A stretch of DNA of 64,000 bases. Source: Prosthecochloris sp. Lineage in GTDB: Bacteria > Bacteroidota > Chlorobiia > Chlorobiales > Chlorobiaceae. Shown piece after piece: positions 50,306 through 59,816 of the stretch (position 1 is its first letter; each line of letters opens with the position of its first letter). The stretch lies in NCBI RefSeq assembly GCF_015482705.1, contig NZ_JADMLA020000039.1; one strand, written 5' to 3'. The translations under genes and the position numbers were made by a program. The notes beneath the pieces are model-generated. The model did no database searches, was not told the origin of the DNA, and worked only from the letters and a program-made list of their open reading frames with translations.

Positions 50306-51316
50306 TCAATCGGCGCTCAGCTCACCATCGATGATCTGCTTGCGGATTCCCTCGACTCTCACGTGAACATCATCTCCGATCAATTGCGCATTGTTTTCAT
50401 TGTACACATAATCGGTGTAACGACCATTCAATCCATAAACATTCATCCGTCCTCCTCGAAACGTTCCCGACTGGACCTGCTCAATTGTCGTAAAGACGGT
50501 TCGATCGATCGCTTTCGTGATACTGGTCAGAACATATCCTGGAGCGAGATCACCCTGATCCCGATCCGTCCCGATAACCAGATTACCTGTCTCACGGGCA
50601 GCTTCAACTACGCCGACGCCACTCAAACCTGCAGCCTGATAGATGATATCGACCCCCCTGGCATACTGACCGAGCGCCAATTCCTTGCCTTTGGCCGGAT
50701 TCGCAAAGGCACTGCCCGTCATACCGATATACCCAGAAATGACAATAATATCAGGGTTCACATATTTCGCACCGGCTGCGTAGCCATTTTCAAACCGTTT
50801 GATGATATTCGACTCCATCCCTCCGATGAATCCTATTGACCCGGTTTTCGTTGACAAACCGGCAAGTGCCCCGGCCAGAAAAGATCCTCGTTTATCTTCA
50901 AATGCAATCCCGGAAAGATTCTGAGGAATCATCGCACCTTTTTTCGGCTGATAGTCGATACAGGCAAAATACTTATCAGGAAACTCTTCAGCCATCTCAG
51001 AGATATCTTCACTGAAAAGAAGTCCCACGCCAAAAATCACCTTGACCGAAGGATCGGCTGCCAGTTGCCTCAATGCAGCTTCCCTGTCAGCACCTTCGCC
51101 CGAAGGCTCTATAAAAACAATATCCACACCGAGTGAATCCCTTGACATTTCAAGACCATTATATGCTACATCGTTAAAAGATTTATCGCCTCTCCCACCA
51201 ACGTCAAAAACCATACCGACGGTCATGTTGCCGGAAACATCATGAGGAGGAGCTTGCGATGAGCAACCCGCAAGAAGCATTATCACCATGCCGAGTAACG
51301 AGAACGAATATTTCAT
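50306..51316 (-). CDS. BMP-family (Med/PnrA-like) ABC substrate-binding lipoprotein
   Basis: 336 aa. Lipobox LLAGCSS. Motifs VFDVGGRGDKSFND and GFIGGM are typical of BMP / basic membrane lipoproteins. Confidence 0.8.
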   Translation of the reverse strand: MKYSFSLLGMVIMLLAGCSSQAPPHDVSGNMTVGMVFDVGGRGDKSFNDVAYNGLEMSRDSLGVDIVFIEPSGEGADREAALRQLAADPSVKVIFGVGLLFSEDISEMAEEFPDKYFACIDYQPKKGAMIPQNLSGIAFEDKRGSFLAGALAGLSTKTGSIGFIGGMESNIIKRFENGYAAGAKYVNPDIIVISGYIGMTGSAFANPAKGKELALGQYARGVDIIYQAAGLSGVGVVEAARETGNLVIGTDRDQGDLAPGYVLTSITKAIDRTVFTTIEQVQSGTFRGGRMNVYGLNGRYTDYVYNENNAQLIGDDVHVRVEGIRKQIIDGELSAD

Positions 51317-51644
51317 ATGGCAATGTTTAACGCTTGTGTGAATAGAAATAATTAAAGGTATAACCCAAATAGAGAAACTACCCTAAACGTCCAAAAAAGT
51401 CAGGTCGATTTGAAACATTCAATGCCCGGTTCAGGTAGAAATTACAGAGGCTTAACATAAGAAAAACTTGGCCTTTTTAAAAGTGATAACACAAGTTGAA
51501 ACAATTACCAGCCACAGACAAAAGAGGCTCGCTATGGAAAAAATAAACCCGATATGTTACGATTATGGAAGCACTCTATCCAAGTAATCAATGAAGTAAT
51601 TAGTATATTGAAAAATATCGGTTGATACTCTTTACTCCTTTCTT

Positions 51645-53201
51645 ATGAATACAAGCCTTGACCCTCTTTTTTTCTTCGTTTCAGATACCTTTGACCTTCC
51701 TCTGCTCTTCAAAGGCAAACATATTCCGTTCTCTTTACAGGCAGCCCCCCAAAAAAACGAAACGATTCGTTTTTTCGACACTTTCGATTGGAAAGGTTGG
51801 AGCCAAAAAAAAGCAATCGTTCACTACGGTTCCCGACTTCGTATTGTGGAAATAAAAAATGGCAGGGAATTGGGTTCTGCTTCACTAAGAAAAAAACCGC
51901 AGAATTTTTTTGCTGGAAATATCGCTGAAAAGACAATAGCCTCGAGACTACTCGATATTTCAAAGCTCAGAGCTTTCATCTGCTTCGGAACGGTCGAAAC
52001 CGAAGTGAAGAGATGGCGGGTTCTCGATGAAAACCAGAAAACCGTCGCATCAATCGAACTGCGCTCGATACAGTCGAACTCCGAAGAGCCTGCAACAATC
52101 GCTCTCAAGCTTTCCCCGATAAGAGGTTATGGGAAAGAACTTGAAACTATCGCAGAGCGGCTTCAACAAAGTTCCGATTATAAAGAAAAATCCAATTTTC
52201 TCGACTTTTACACAGCGGTACTTGCTGCAACGGGAACTACCCCGGCATACTATTCGCCCAAGCCCTCTCTCAAGCTAAAACCCGGCAACACCATCCATGA
52301 GTCAGCGAGACAATTACTGCTTTCAACGCTCGAGGTCATTCATATCAACGAGCAATGGATCCCCCAAAACATCGACACAGAATTTTTGCACGACTACCGT
52401 GTCGCCATCCGCAGAACACGTTCGATCCTTGCTCAGTTAAAAGGAATTTTTCCACATGAAGAGCTTTATCGTTACAAGCAGGCATTCCGAGAACTCGGAA
52501 AAAGAACCAACAATCTTCGAGACCAGGACGTTTACCTGATTCAGGCCAAAAAGTTCAAAGACCTTCTCCCTGTCACCATGCGTGACTCCCTCGATCCATT
52601 TTTCGCAGACCTTCGGAATCGTCACAGAAAAGAGTTGAGAAATTTCTCACGATATCTTGGTTCCGAAAAGTACCGGCATTTTATGAAGGAATGGGAATCG
52701 TTTCTAAAAAATGAAACATTACCGGATTCAAAAACCACCCCTGATGCAGAAAAGAAAACTTCGGAAGTTGCCGTGTCGACAATACAAAAGGCATGGAAAA
52801 AAGTCATCCGTCACGGCAGGAGCGTCAGCCGGATCGCAACCGATACAGAACTTCACGCTTTACGCCTCGACTGTAAAAAGCTGCGTTATCTACTGGAATT
52901 TTATGCGTCTCTCTTTCCTGCCAAGACGCTTTTGAACATTGTTCGTCAGCTAAAAACACTACAGGACAATCTTGGAACGTTTGTCGACCTGTCAGTACAA
53001 CAAAACTATCTCAACGACTATCTTTCACACCTCGAGTCCACAACCCACAACATTCCTTTTGCCGCTTCGCTCGGCGGACTGGTAACTGCATTGCATCACG
53101 AACGAGAAAATGTTCGTTCACATTTTCATAGTGCTTTCGACGTTTTTGACAAACCTGAAACCGAAGCCCTTTTCAACCAGTTGCTCAACAAATACCGCTG
53201 A
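51645..53201 (+). CDS. CYTH-like / CHAD domain protein
   Basis: 518 aa. C-terminal CHAD helices with conserved His/Arg ([30 protein letters not shown]). N-terminal ~200 aa resemble a CYTH barrel (RFFDTFD...LRIVE...RWRVLDE), but I see no N-terminal ExExK motif. Confidence 0.75.
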   Translation: MNTSLDPLFFFVSDTFDLPLLFKGKHIPFSLQAAPQKNETIRFFDTFDWKGWSQKKAIVHYGSRLRIVEIKNGRELGSASLRKKPQNFFAGNIAEKTIASRLLDISKLRAFICFGTVETEVKRWRVLDENQKTVASIELRSIQSNSEEPATIALKLSPIRGYGKELETIAERLQQSSDYKEKSNFLDFYTAVLAATGTTPAYYSPKPSLKLKPGNTIHESARQLLLSTLEVIHINEQWIPQNIDTEFLHDYRVAIRRTRSILAQLKGIFPHEELYRYKQAFRELGKRTNNLRDQDVYLIQAKKFKDLLPVTMRDSLDPFFADLRNRHRKELRNFSRYLGSEKYRHFMKEWESFLKNETLPDSKTTPDAEKKTSEVAVSTIQKAWKKVIRHGRSVSRIATDTELHALRLDCKKLRYLLEFYASLFPAKTLLNIVRQLKTLQDNLGTFVDLSVQQNYLNDYLSHLESTTHNIPFAASLGGLVTALHHERENVRSHFHSAFDVFDKPETEALFNQLLNKYR

Positions 53202-53202
53202 C

Positions 53203-53946
53203 ATGAAAACCATTGCACTCTACAGCATCAAGGGAGGTGTAGGAAAAACCGCATCTGCAGTCAATCTGGCGTATCTTTCTTCTCTTGCCGCCCCCCCAAC
53301 GCTTATCTGCGATCTTGATCCGCAAGGGGCGAGTTCATTCTACTTCCGAATCGTTCCGAACAAAAAATACTCGAGCAAAAAATTTCTCAAGGGAAATAAA
53401 AAAATCTATGATAACATCAAAGGTACGGACTACGACAATCTCGACCTTTTACCAGCAGATTTTTCATACCGGAATCTGGACATTGAACTGCAGGAGGAAA
53501 AAAAACCTCAAAAGAAACTGAAAAGTAACATCCAGGAACTCAACACCGAATACCCTTACATCTTTTTCGATTGCCCGCCGAACCTCACCCTTTTATCTGA
53601 AAGCGTCTTTACAGCTTCGGACTTCATTCTCGTTCCGCTCATCCCGACAACCCTTTCGCTGAGAACTTTTGAACAGTTGCTTGCTTTCTTTAAAACAAAC
53701 AAACTCGACACCTCGAAAATCAGAGGTTTTTTCACCATGTTCGAACGCCGTAAGGCCATGCACCGGGATATTGTCGAGGAATACTGTGGAAAAAAGCGTT
53801 TCCTCAATCGGATCATTCCATACAACTCGGAAGTTGAGAAAATGGGCATCTATCGAGCACCTCTCAACGCTGTCAGGCCGAATGCTCCGGCGGCAATAGC
53901 CTATAAAGAGTTATGGGAAGAGTTATCGAACGAAATTGACCGGTAA
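53203..53946 (+). CDS. ParA/MinD-family P-loop ATPase (orphan)
   Basis: The ORF opens at 53110 inside the CHAD gene. The ATG at 53203, 1 nt after the CHAD TGA, gives [23 protein letters not shown], a deviant Walker A motif. FFDCPPNL is Walker B-like. 247 aa. Confidence 0.85.
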   Translation: MKTIALYSIKGGVGKTASAVNLAYLSSLAAPPTLICDLDPQGASSFYFRIVPNKKYSSKKFLKGNKKIYDNIKGTDYDNLDLLPADFSYRNLDIELQEEKKPQKKLKSNIQELNTEYPYIFFDCPPNLTLLSESVFTASDFILVPLIPTTLSLRTFEQLLAFFKTNKLDTSKIRGFFTMFERRKAMHRDIVEEYCGKKRFLNRIIPYNSEVEKMGIYRAPLNAVRPNAPAAIAYKELWEELSNEIDR

Positions 53947-54027
53947 TGCATCATAACGACAACTATAGGCCAATCCATCATTTGTAATCATTGATCTTTT
54001 TCTATACATTATCTTCCCTATGAACAA

Positions 54028-54098
54028 GGCGAAGTGGCCGAGTGGCTAGGCAGAGGTCTGCAAAACCTTTTACAGCGGTTCGAATCCGCTCTTCGCCT
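54028..54098 (+). tRNA. tRNA-Cys (GCA)
   Basis: Hand-folded cloverleaf. Acceptor GGCGAAG pairs with CTTCGCC, and the D arm is GCC/GGC. The anticodon stem GAGGT/ACCTT carries loop CTGCAAA (anticodon GCA at 54060-54062). The T arm is AGCGG-TTCGAAT-CCGCT. The discriminator is U, as expected for tRNA-Cys. CCA is not encoded. Confidence 0.9.
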
Positions 54099-54107
54099 CA
54101 AACATGA

Positions 54108-54147
54108 AAGAGGCTGTCCTTTTGAGACAGCCTCTTGTATTTTTTTG
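54108..54147 (+). terminator. Rho-independent terminator after tRNA-Cys
   Basis: AAGAGGCTGTC (54108-54118) pairs with GACAGCCTCTT (54126-54136), followed by a T-run at 54139-54147. Confidence 0.8.
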
Positions 54148-54326
54148 GGGACATTCGTTTTCAAAGCATCGATTCAAGAGGATGGTTTGCCCTCTTTCTC
54201 TCCGTTATCCTCGGGTATGACATCGGGGAATTTTGGGTACTGACTGACAATCATGAGGCTTTCTCACATCTGTTTCTGAGACAGCCTGTTTCTTATTCTA
54301 TACCTCCATGTTCATCCTCCGCTCTT

Positions 54327-54866
54327 TCATAACATCGGAAACAGTATGTCCGAAAGCTTCCATCCCATCCCCCTGCGGCTGAAAACAAATTTCACCTCCT
54401 TTCCCAACTCATTCTCCGGAAGAGTAACCACAAATTCATCGAACGATTCATAAGACATGACAGCATCGGTAAAAGGCTCCTGCGATTGTTGATTCGTAGA
54501 AGAACGACCATCTTCCTCAATCACGAACTGTTGACTCTCCATCATCCGCGTAATACCGGCCGGAGTAACAATAGCGTCAATCATTCTTTCCACCACCATA
54601 CCGCCCAAAGCCGCCCCAAAAGCAGCGAACTGGTCATCTTCATCCATATCTTCCGACAACATGCCATTCAAGATGTCCGCATTGAGACGGTCTTTCAGGT
54701 TCTGCCGTAAAACAGGAAAATCGACATGTTCGGATAACGCATCAGCATCATTGCTCTTTACGGCTGCCTCTATCTGGTTGACAGTGATATAGGGTGTAGC
54801 GAACAGATACAGCAGCAGAAAAACAAGGACAGCAACAACCGCGGTAATAATTTTTGAATTTTTCAT
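54327..54866 (-). CDS. Membrane-anchored DUF2939-like protein
   Basis: 179 aa. N-terminal TM helix, then YITVNQIEAAVKSNDADALSEHVDFPVLRQNLKDRL, which resembles the DUF2939 family opening. Confidence 0.55.
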   Translation of the reverse strand: MKNSKIITAVVAVLVFLLLYLFATPYITVNQIEAAVKSNDADALSEHVDFPVLRQNLKDRLNADILNGMLSEDMDEDDQFAAFGAALGGMVVERMIDAIVTPAGITRMMESQQFVIEEDGRSSTNQQSQEPFTDAVMSYESFDEFVVTLPENELGKEVKFVFSRRGMGWKLSDILFPML

Positions 54867-54955
54867 TTTTAGTGAGGCTTAACTTTTTTACCCTGAAAAT
54901 GCATTTTTATCACCCGACAATTCCGCTTTATAAAACATAAATAGCAAAGAACTGT

Positions 54956-55312
54956 TTATGGGCAAGCCTGTGCAATCATGACCGTCACACGTTTTTCGCT
55001 CACCTCTTCAAGACCGCCGCGCAGCTTGATATGCCTCCTGTATTTGCCCTTTCCTTCCAGGATTGCATCCGGATCGTGAAATGATGCTCCGTGACTAAAT
55101 TCTACGGAGACATGCTCCTTGTAGACAAAAATACCCCCTGTCAGTTCCCTGTCTTTCAGAAAAACTATCCCTCCGTATTTAACTGCTTCCGAAAGATCCG
55201 GACATGTTTTCAGAAAAAGGGATCGAACTCCGGCCACAATGTCGTGAAACTCAAAAGAATGCTTTTGTATATCATGCATGTGCGCTTCGACACTACCTTT
55301 AGATTGCACCAT
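54956..55312 (-). CDS. DUF1801 (YdhG-like) domain protein
   Basis: The ORF extends to 55372; the ATG at 55312 is preferred (118 aa). VKYGGIVFLKDRELTGGIFVYKEHVSVEFSHG is typical of DUF1801. Confidence 0.55.
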   Translation of the reverse strand: MVQSKGSVEAHMHDIQKHSFEFHDIVAGVRSLFLKTCPDLSEAVKYGGIVFLKDRELTGGIFVYKEHVSVEFSHGASFHDPDAILEGKGKYRRHIKLRGGLEEVSEKRVTVMIAQACP

Positions 55313-55386
55313 GTTCTTTGTTTCTTTAGGTGAGTTAAAAAAAACGGCGTCCGGCGAACGACTTGAGCTCAAGGCGGGCCAAAATG

Positions 55387-56043
55387 TCAGGGAGATTTTG
55401 GTGCCGCAGGCTTTTTCGCAAACACATAAGCTCTTCGGCTTTCGTACTCCACTCCGGAATACGGCTCTCTTTCGATTATCTCTATTTCCTCAAATCCCCT
55501 GCCCTTTAAGCAGCCGAAAATGAAATCCGTCTTGAAAAACATGAAGTCTCCATCGACTTTCATGCCGAGAAATTCATCCAGGTGGATTGTTTCATCACCA
55601 ATGTGATAGGTTAAAAGAAATGTTCCGCCTGGCAGCAATACACGAAACACTTCACGGAATACAGTTCCTACCTGCTTTTCTGTCAAATGCACTATAGCGT
55701 AAAAAGCTACAATACCGGCTATTGAGTTGGATTCAAATTCGAGTTCGAGAATATTTCCCTTCCGGAAATGTATCTCCGGATGAATTGCCTTGGCCTGCTT
55801 CAGTATTTCCTCCGACAGATCCAGCCCAGAGATTTCAACACCAAGGTTTTTCAGGTATGCCGTAGTTTGACCCGGACCACAGCCGAAATCCCAGACCGGC
55901 TCGTTGCCTCCGATCTCTTGCGAAAATCTGTAGAGTATTTCCCGGTCTTTCGGCTTCTCTTCATGCTCGCCACAGAATGCCTCTGCATACTCCCTAGCCA
56001 CCGTATCGTACAGACGTTCTACCTTGTTCAAATCCTGTCCCAT
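55387..56043 (-). CDS. Class I SAM-dependent methyltransferase
   Basis: 218 aa. Motif I VWDFGCGPGQTTAYL, GLDLSEEIL, and motif II/III spacing. Confidence 0.8.
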   Translation of the reverse strand: MGQDLNKVERLYDTVAREYAEAFCGEHEEKPKDREILYRFSQEIGGNEPVWDFGCGPGQTTAYLKNLGVEISGLDLSEEILKQAKAIHPEIHFRKGNILELEFESNSIAGIVAFYAIVHLTEKQVGTVFREVFRVLLPGGTFLLTYHIGDETIHLDEFLGMKVDGDFMFFKTDFIFGCLKGRGFEEIEIIEREPYSGVEYESRRAYVFAKKPAAPKSP

Positions 56044-56181
56044 AATTCATCTTTGATTCCAAACACCAGCATGTTGCCTTCTCTCAGATAAGTATTCTTA
56101 CATGCAGAAATGTAAAGCAAACCTCAGACCTCAACAAACATACTTTTTCGATACCAAAACCGCTTGTTCAGCGACAATCAT

Positions 56182-56210
56182 TTGCAAAGGTTGTAAACTA
56201 ATGTTACATA
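56182..56210 (+). promoter_or_regulatory. Sigma70-type promoter candidate with extended -10
   Basis: TTGCAA (56182-56187), 17 nt, then TACATA (56205-56210), with TG at 56202-56203. Confidence 0.35.
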
Positions 56211-56218
56211 TTTTTTTA

Positions 56219-56330
56219 GGACAAATTTCCTGTCCGGCCTAGTGACACGCTGCCGCGCCTGGTTCCCCCCGCCTGACGGCCCGAAGTCTCGGGAAATGCG
56301 GTTGGTCACGCTGAAGCAGTAAACTCGACA
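56219..56330 (+). other. GC-rich structured leader or small RNA candidate upstream of the acyl-CoA ligase gene
   Basis: Hairpins GGACA/TGTCC (56219-56235) and CCCGA-AGTC-TCGGG (56280-56293). Nested pairings GTGAC (56242-46) with GTCAC (56305-09), and CCGC (56253-56) with GCGG (56298-301). A C6 run sits at 56265-56270. The flanks are AT-rich. Confidence 0.3.
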
Positions 56331-56350
56331 TATCAAAACCAGGTTACTTT

Positions 56351-58180
56351 ATGGGTCTTATATATCCTGATTTCCAGACACTCCCAGAACTTTTCACAAG
56401 CGTTTTCCGCCATTACAAAAAACAACAGAAAAAATTCCCTCTTGCCAGAAAAGTTAATGGCACCTATGAAACGATCTCATATGACTCACTCAGTGAAGAC
56501 GTTTCCGCTCTCGCCGCGTTTTTGAAGCACAAGGGCATTGAAAGAAAAGACCGTGTCGCCATTTTATCGGAAAACCGTCCAGGCTGGTATCTTGCCGACA
56601 TGGCTATCCTTAGCATAGGAGCAGCCGATGTTCCGCTGTATCCGTCACTTCCCCCTGTTCAGATAGAATACATCCTCAAAGATTCCGGTTCCAAGGCCAT
56701 AATTGTCTCCAATATGCTCCAGCTTGGAAAAGTCCTTTCCATCTGGCAAAACCTTCCTGATCTCGAATTTATTATCGTCATGAACCGACTTGACGAAAAG
56801 GTCGATAGCGTTACGGAGCTTTCGGAAGCAAAAAAAACCGGTCTTGCCCTCCTTGACAGTACACCTGATTACATAAGCTACACGATGCTGAAGCCTGATG
56901 ATATAGCAACCATCATCTATACCTCAGGAACAACCGGACTGCCAAAAGGCGTTATGCTGACCCATCGAAATATCTGTGAAAACGTCAAGTCCTGCTCTTC
57001 GATTATTCGACTTGACGAGTCGGATCGGAGTCTTTCTTTTCTTCCACTCTCTCATTCGTACGAGAGAACCGGTGGCTACTATCTGCTTTTTGCATGCGGT
57101 GCCCAAATCTATCTCGCAGAAAGTATCGAAACCGTCTCGTTGAACATTGCAGAGGCACGACCCACGATTATTTTTACAGTTCCACGGCTTTTCGACCGGA
57201 TCAAGGCCAATATTTTGAAACAGATTGAAAATCAAAGCCCGGTCAAACAAAAAATATTCAAGTGGGCATACGATGCCGGAATAGCATACCACAAACAGGA
57301 TCGAGCAGGCAAACCGGGCGTTCTGCTTGCCGTGCAGCACAGCCTTGCAAACAAACTTGTCTACTCCAAGATCCAGGAAAAATTTGGGGGACACCTACGC
57401 TATTTTGTTTCAGGCGGAGCTGCTCTTCCAATTAAAGTCGGTGAATTCTTTCAGGCACTTGGCATCGTCATTCTCGAAGGCTATGGATTGACGGAAACAT
57501 CGCCAGTGACCAATGTCAACCGTCCTGAAAAGGTAAAATTCGGTACCGTGGGGCCGGTTGTTGACAATGTTGAGGTTACAATCGACACCGATGGAGAGAT
57601 ACTCTTCAAGGGGCCGAACATTATGAAGGGTTACTGGAATGACGAAGAAGCGACTAAAGAGGTCATCTACGATGGATGGTTCCACACCGGCGATATCGGC
57701 GAACTCGATGAAGACGGTTATTTGAAAATAACCGACCGAAAGAAACATATCATCGTAACCTCCGGTGGAAAAAACATTGCACCTCTCCCTATCGAGCAAT
57801 TGATTGCTGAAAACAACTATGTTGAGCAGGTCATGGTTGCCGGAGAAAAAAAACCGTTTCTTGTCGCCCTTATCGTTCCCAACTTTTCTGAACTGGAATC
57901 GTTTGCAGACGAAAGACAGTTGAACTGGACAACAAAGAGTGATCTTGTCGAGCTCAAACAGGTCCGTCAAATTTATGAATCTCTTCTCCGTAACATTTCG
58001 AGGCAGCTCGCTGCCCATGAAAAGGTAAGGAAGTTCCTGTTGATGCAGGATCCCTTCACCATTGAAAACGGCTATATGACTCCAACGTTGAAACTGAAAC
58101 GGAAGTCAATAAGCATGGCGTTCCAGAAAGAGATCGATTCTCTTTACAGTACGATGAACACCCTCTATAACTCCGACTAG
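56351..58180 (+). CDS. AMP-dependent long-chain acyl-CoA synthetase/ligase
   Basis: 609 aa. AMP-binding signature [22 protein letters not shown] and [19 protein letters not shown]. Confidence 0.88.
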   Translation: MGLIYPDFQTLPELFTSVFRHYKKQQKKFPLARKVNGTYETISYDSLSEDVSALAAFLKHKGIERKDRVAILSENRPGWYLADMAILSIGAADVPLYPSLPPVQIEYILKDSGSKAIIVSNMLQLGKVLSIWQNLPDLEFIIVMNRLDEKVDSVTELSEAKKTGLALLDSTPDYISYTMLKPDDIATIIYTSGTTGLPKGVMLTHRNICENVKSCSSIIRLDESDRSLSFLPLSHSYERTGGYYLLFACGAQIYLAESIETVSLNIAEARPTIIFTVPRLFDRIKANILKQIENQSPVKQKIFKWAYDAGIAYHKQDRAGKPGVLLAVQHSLANKLVYSKIQEKFGGHLRYFVSGGAALPIKVGEFFQALGIVILEGYGLTETSPVTNVNRPEKVKFGTVGPVVDNVEVTIDTDGEILFKGPNIMKGYWNDEEATKEVIYDGWFHTGDIGELDEDGYLKITDRKKHIIVTSGGKNIAPLPIEQLIAENNYVEQVMVAGEKKPFLVALIVPNFSELESFADERQLNWTTKSDLVELKQVRQIYESLLRNISRQLAAHEKVRKFLLMQDPFTIENGYMTPTLKLKRKSISMAFQKEIDSLYSTMNTLYNSD

Positions 58181-58926
58181 CCAAATCTTTTCATAACATC
58201 AGACACAAAGGCTTCCAGTTTTTCGGCATGTGAACCGCGCCAGTATATTTTCCCGCATGAAGTACACATCAGAAAATCCATGTAGTAACGGCGTGTTTTC
58301 GGTTCGAGCCGATTCAATAGCATCCGCTTGTCCACTTTTTCAAGCAAACCGTTGCAGGAAGGGCACCTGGTAAAAGGATCAAGGCTGCCACTCAATGAAA
58401 ATCGTCGAATAACCTCGTACACCTGTTGAAGAGCGTTTTCCGAACGTATACAGTAACCTGAACGAACAATACGGTGCATGAGAAGGCGCCTGTCTCTTGT
58501 CAGTAAAATACGGCCGTGGCGCCGCATCGCAACCAGTAGTTCATTATCACTACCTCCTGAAAAAAGGAACGTGTCAATGCCGAGCACCCTGAGCCTCCGT
58601 ACCAGTTTGGAAAGATGCTCATCAGCGATGAATGCCGCACTCTTGTCAGGTATAGGCTGCAAACCGAAACCTTCAGCTACATCCGGATTGACATCGCCGA
58701 TTATCACTCTGTCCTCCGGAAACATATGATAATTGAACTCAACCGCTTTACCGTTCACCACTATCCGGCCAACCTCCGTATGAGGAACGCCGAACGATTC
58801 GACGACATCTTTTACGGTCGTTGCATGACACAAGCGTTTGTGTATTGTTTTTCCATCTTTGCCTTCCTTTAGGAAAAACCTCAAACTTGGGCAGAAATCA
58901 ACATAAACGATAAAGTTATCCACCAT
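58177..58926 (-). CDS. Mut7-C (DUF82) PIN-like RNase domain protein with N-terminal beta-grasp (ubiquitin-like) domain and C-terminal zinc ribbon
   Basis: 249 aa. The central region ([21 protein letters not shown]...LLTRDRRL) is the Mut7-C pattern. C-terminal CPSCNG...[13 protein letters not shown]. Confidence 0.7.
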   Translation of the reverse strand: MVDNFIVYVDFCPSLRFFLKEGKDGKTIHKRLCHATTVKDVVESFGVPHTEVGRIVVNGKAVEFNYHMFPEDRVIIGDVNPDVAEGFGLQPIPDKSAAFIADEHLSKLVRRLRVLGIDTFLFSGGSDNELLVAMRRHGRILLTRDRRLLMHRIVRSGYCIRSENALQQVYEVIRRFSLSGSLDPFTRCPSCNGLLEKVDKRMLLNRLEPKTRRYYMDFLMCTSCGKIYWRGSHAEKLEAFVSDVMKRFG

Positions 58927-58964
58927 GGCTCAACCGCTCAAAAGCTTTTGAACGCCGATTCACA

Positions 58965-59780
58965 TCAATCCGGAATTCTGTAACAGGTACCTGTTGCCCC
59001 TGCTGAAAAGCGTTCGACAAGACCTTCCTCTTCAAGCTGATCGAGAACATCGACAATCCTTTTTCCGTACCGTTCGGTCAACTCCTCGAGAAGCATCATG
59101 TTAACCCCGATAAGATCCTTGACAATTCTCCCCCTGTACCAGCGCGTCGATCCCTTGAATTTCGATTGCCTGGTAAGTGGTCGTATCCCGGTTTTTTCCC
59201 CCGTCAGGTAGAGTGCGCCGTAGTCCATAAGAGCATTATGCCAATCACGGCTTTTCCCTCGGGGCAGAACCGCTTCTGCGGCTGAGAGAAACTCAGCCGA
59301 CCCGGCAGTTTCAACCAAGCCAAGCTCATGGATCAATATTCTTCTTATATTGGTATCGACAGTTGCAATATCGAGATTATCAGCAAAAATCGGAATGGAT
59401 CGAGAAGAGTAGATCCCGATTCCAGGAAGGTCGATCAGCTTTTCGGGTTCCGATGGCACAACACCGGCATATTCGCTGTCGATAACTTTCGCACAACGGT
59501 ACAAACGTTGTCCTCTTGCATTATAACCAAGCCCACTCCAGTAAAACAGCACTTCTTTCAGCGATGCGGAGGCAAGCGAAGAGATATCGGGAAAGCGTTC
59601 AAGCCATGCATGATATTTCTCGACAACCCTCTCCGCCTGAGTCTGTTGAAGCATTACCTCACTCACAAGAACCGCATAACGGTCAGTTGTCTCACGCCAG
59701 GGAAACGTTCTTTTGCTGTTTTTGTAAAAAGAAAAAACTTTTTCCTGTAATCCGCATATTTTTTTCTGCTCGAGCTCCAC
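58965..59780 (-). CDS. HhH-GPD superfamily DNA glycosylase (MutY/Nth-related) with C-terminal winged-helix-like tail
   Basis: 271 aa. [11 protein letters not shown], helix-hairpin-helix [15 protein letters not shown], and [10 protein letters not shown] see no 4-Cys Fe-S loop. Confidence 0.7.
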   Translation of the reverse strand: MELEQKKICGLQEKVFSFYKNSKRTFPWRETTDRYAVLVSEVMLQQTQAERVVEKYHAWLERFPDISSLASASLKEVLFYWSGLGYNARGQRLYRCAKVIDSEYAGVVPSEPEKLIDLPGIGIYSSRSIPIFADNLDIATVDTNIRRILIHELGLVETAGSAEFLSAAEAVLPRGKSRDWHNALMDYGALYLTGEKTGIRPLTRQSKFKGSTRWYRGRIVKDLIGVNMMLLEELTERYGKRIVDVLDQLEEEGLVERFSAGATGTCYRIPD

Positions 59781-59816
59781 AATCGATCTCCTTTATCAAC
59801 AAGTAAGCTGAAGCCT

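Noticed and set aside
56236-56335. Possible SRP (4.5S) RNA in the GC-rich intergenic block
   Set aside because: I tested both strands against the conserved helix-8 pattern (GGAA tetraloop closed by UCC/GGA, with AGCAGC on the 3' side). The minus strand has GUCAGG...GGAACC...GGCAGC, but the tetraloop-closing pairs do not form. It is kept only as an unassigned structured element.
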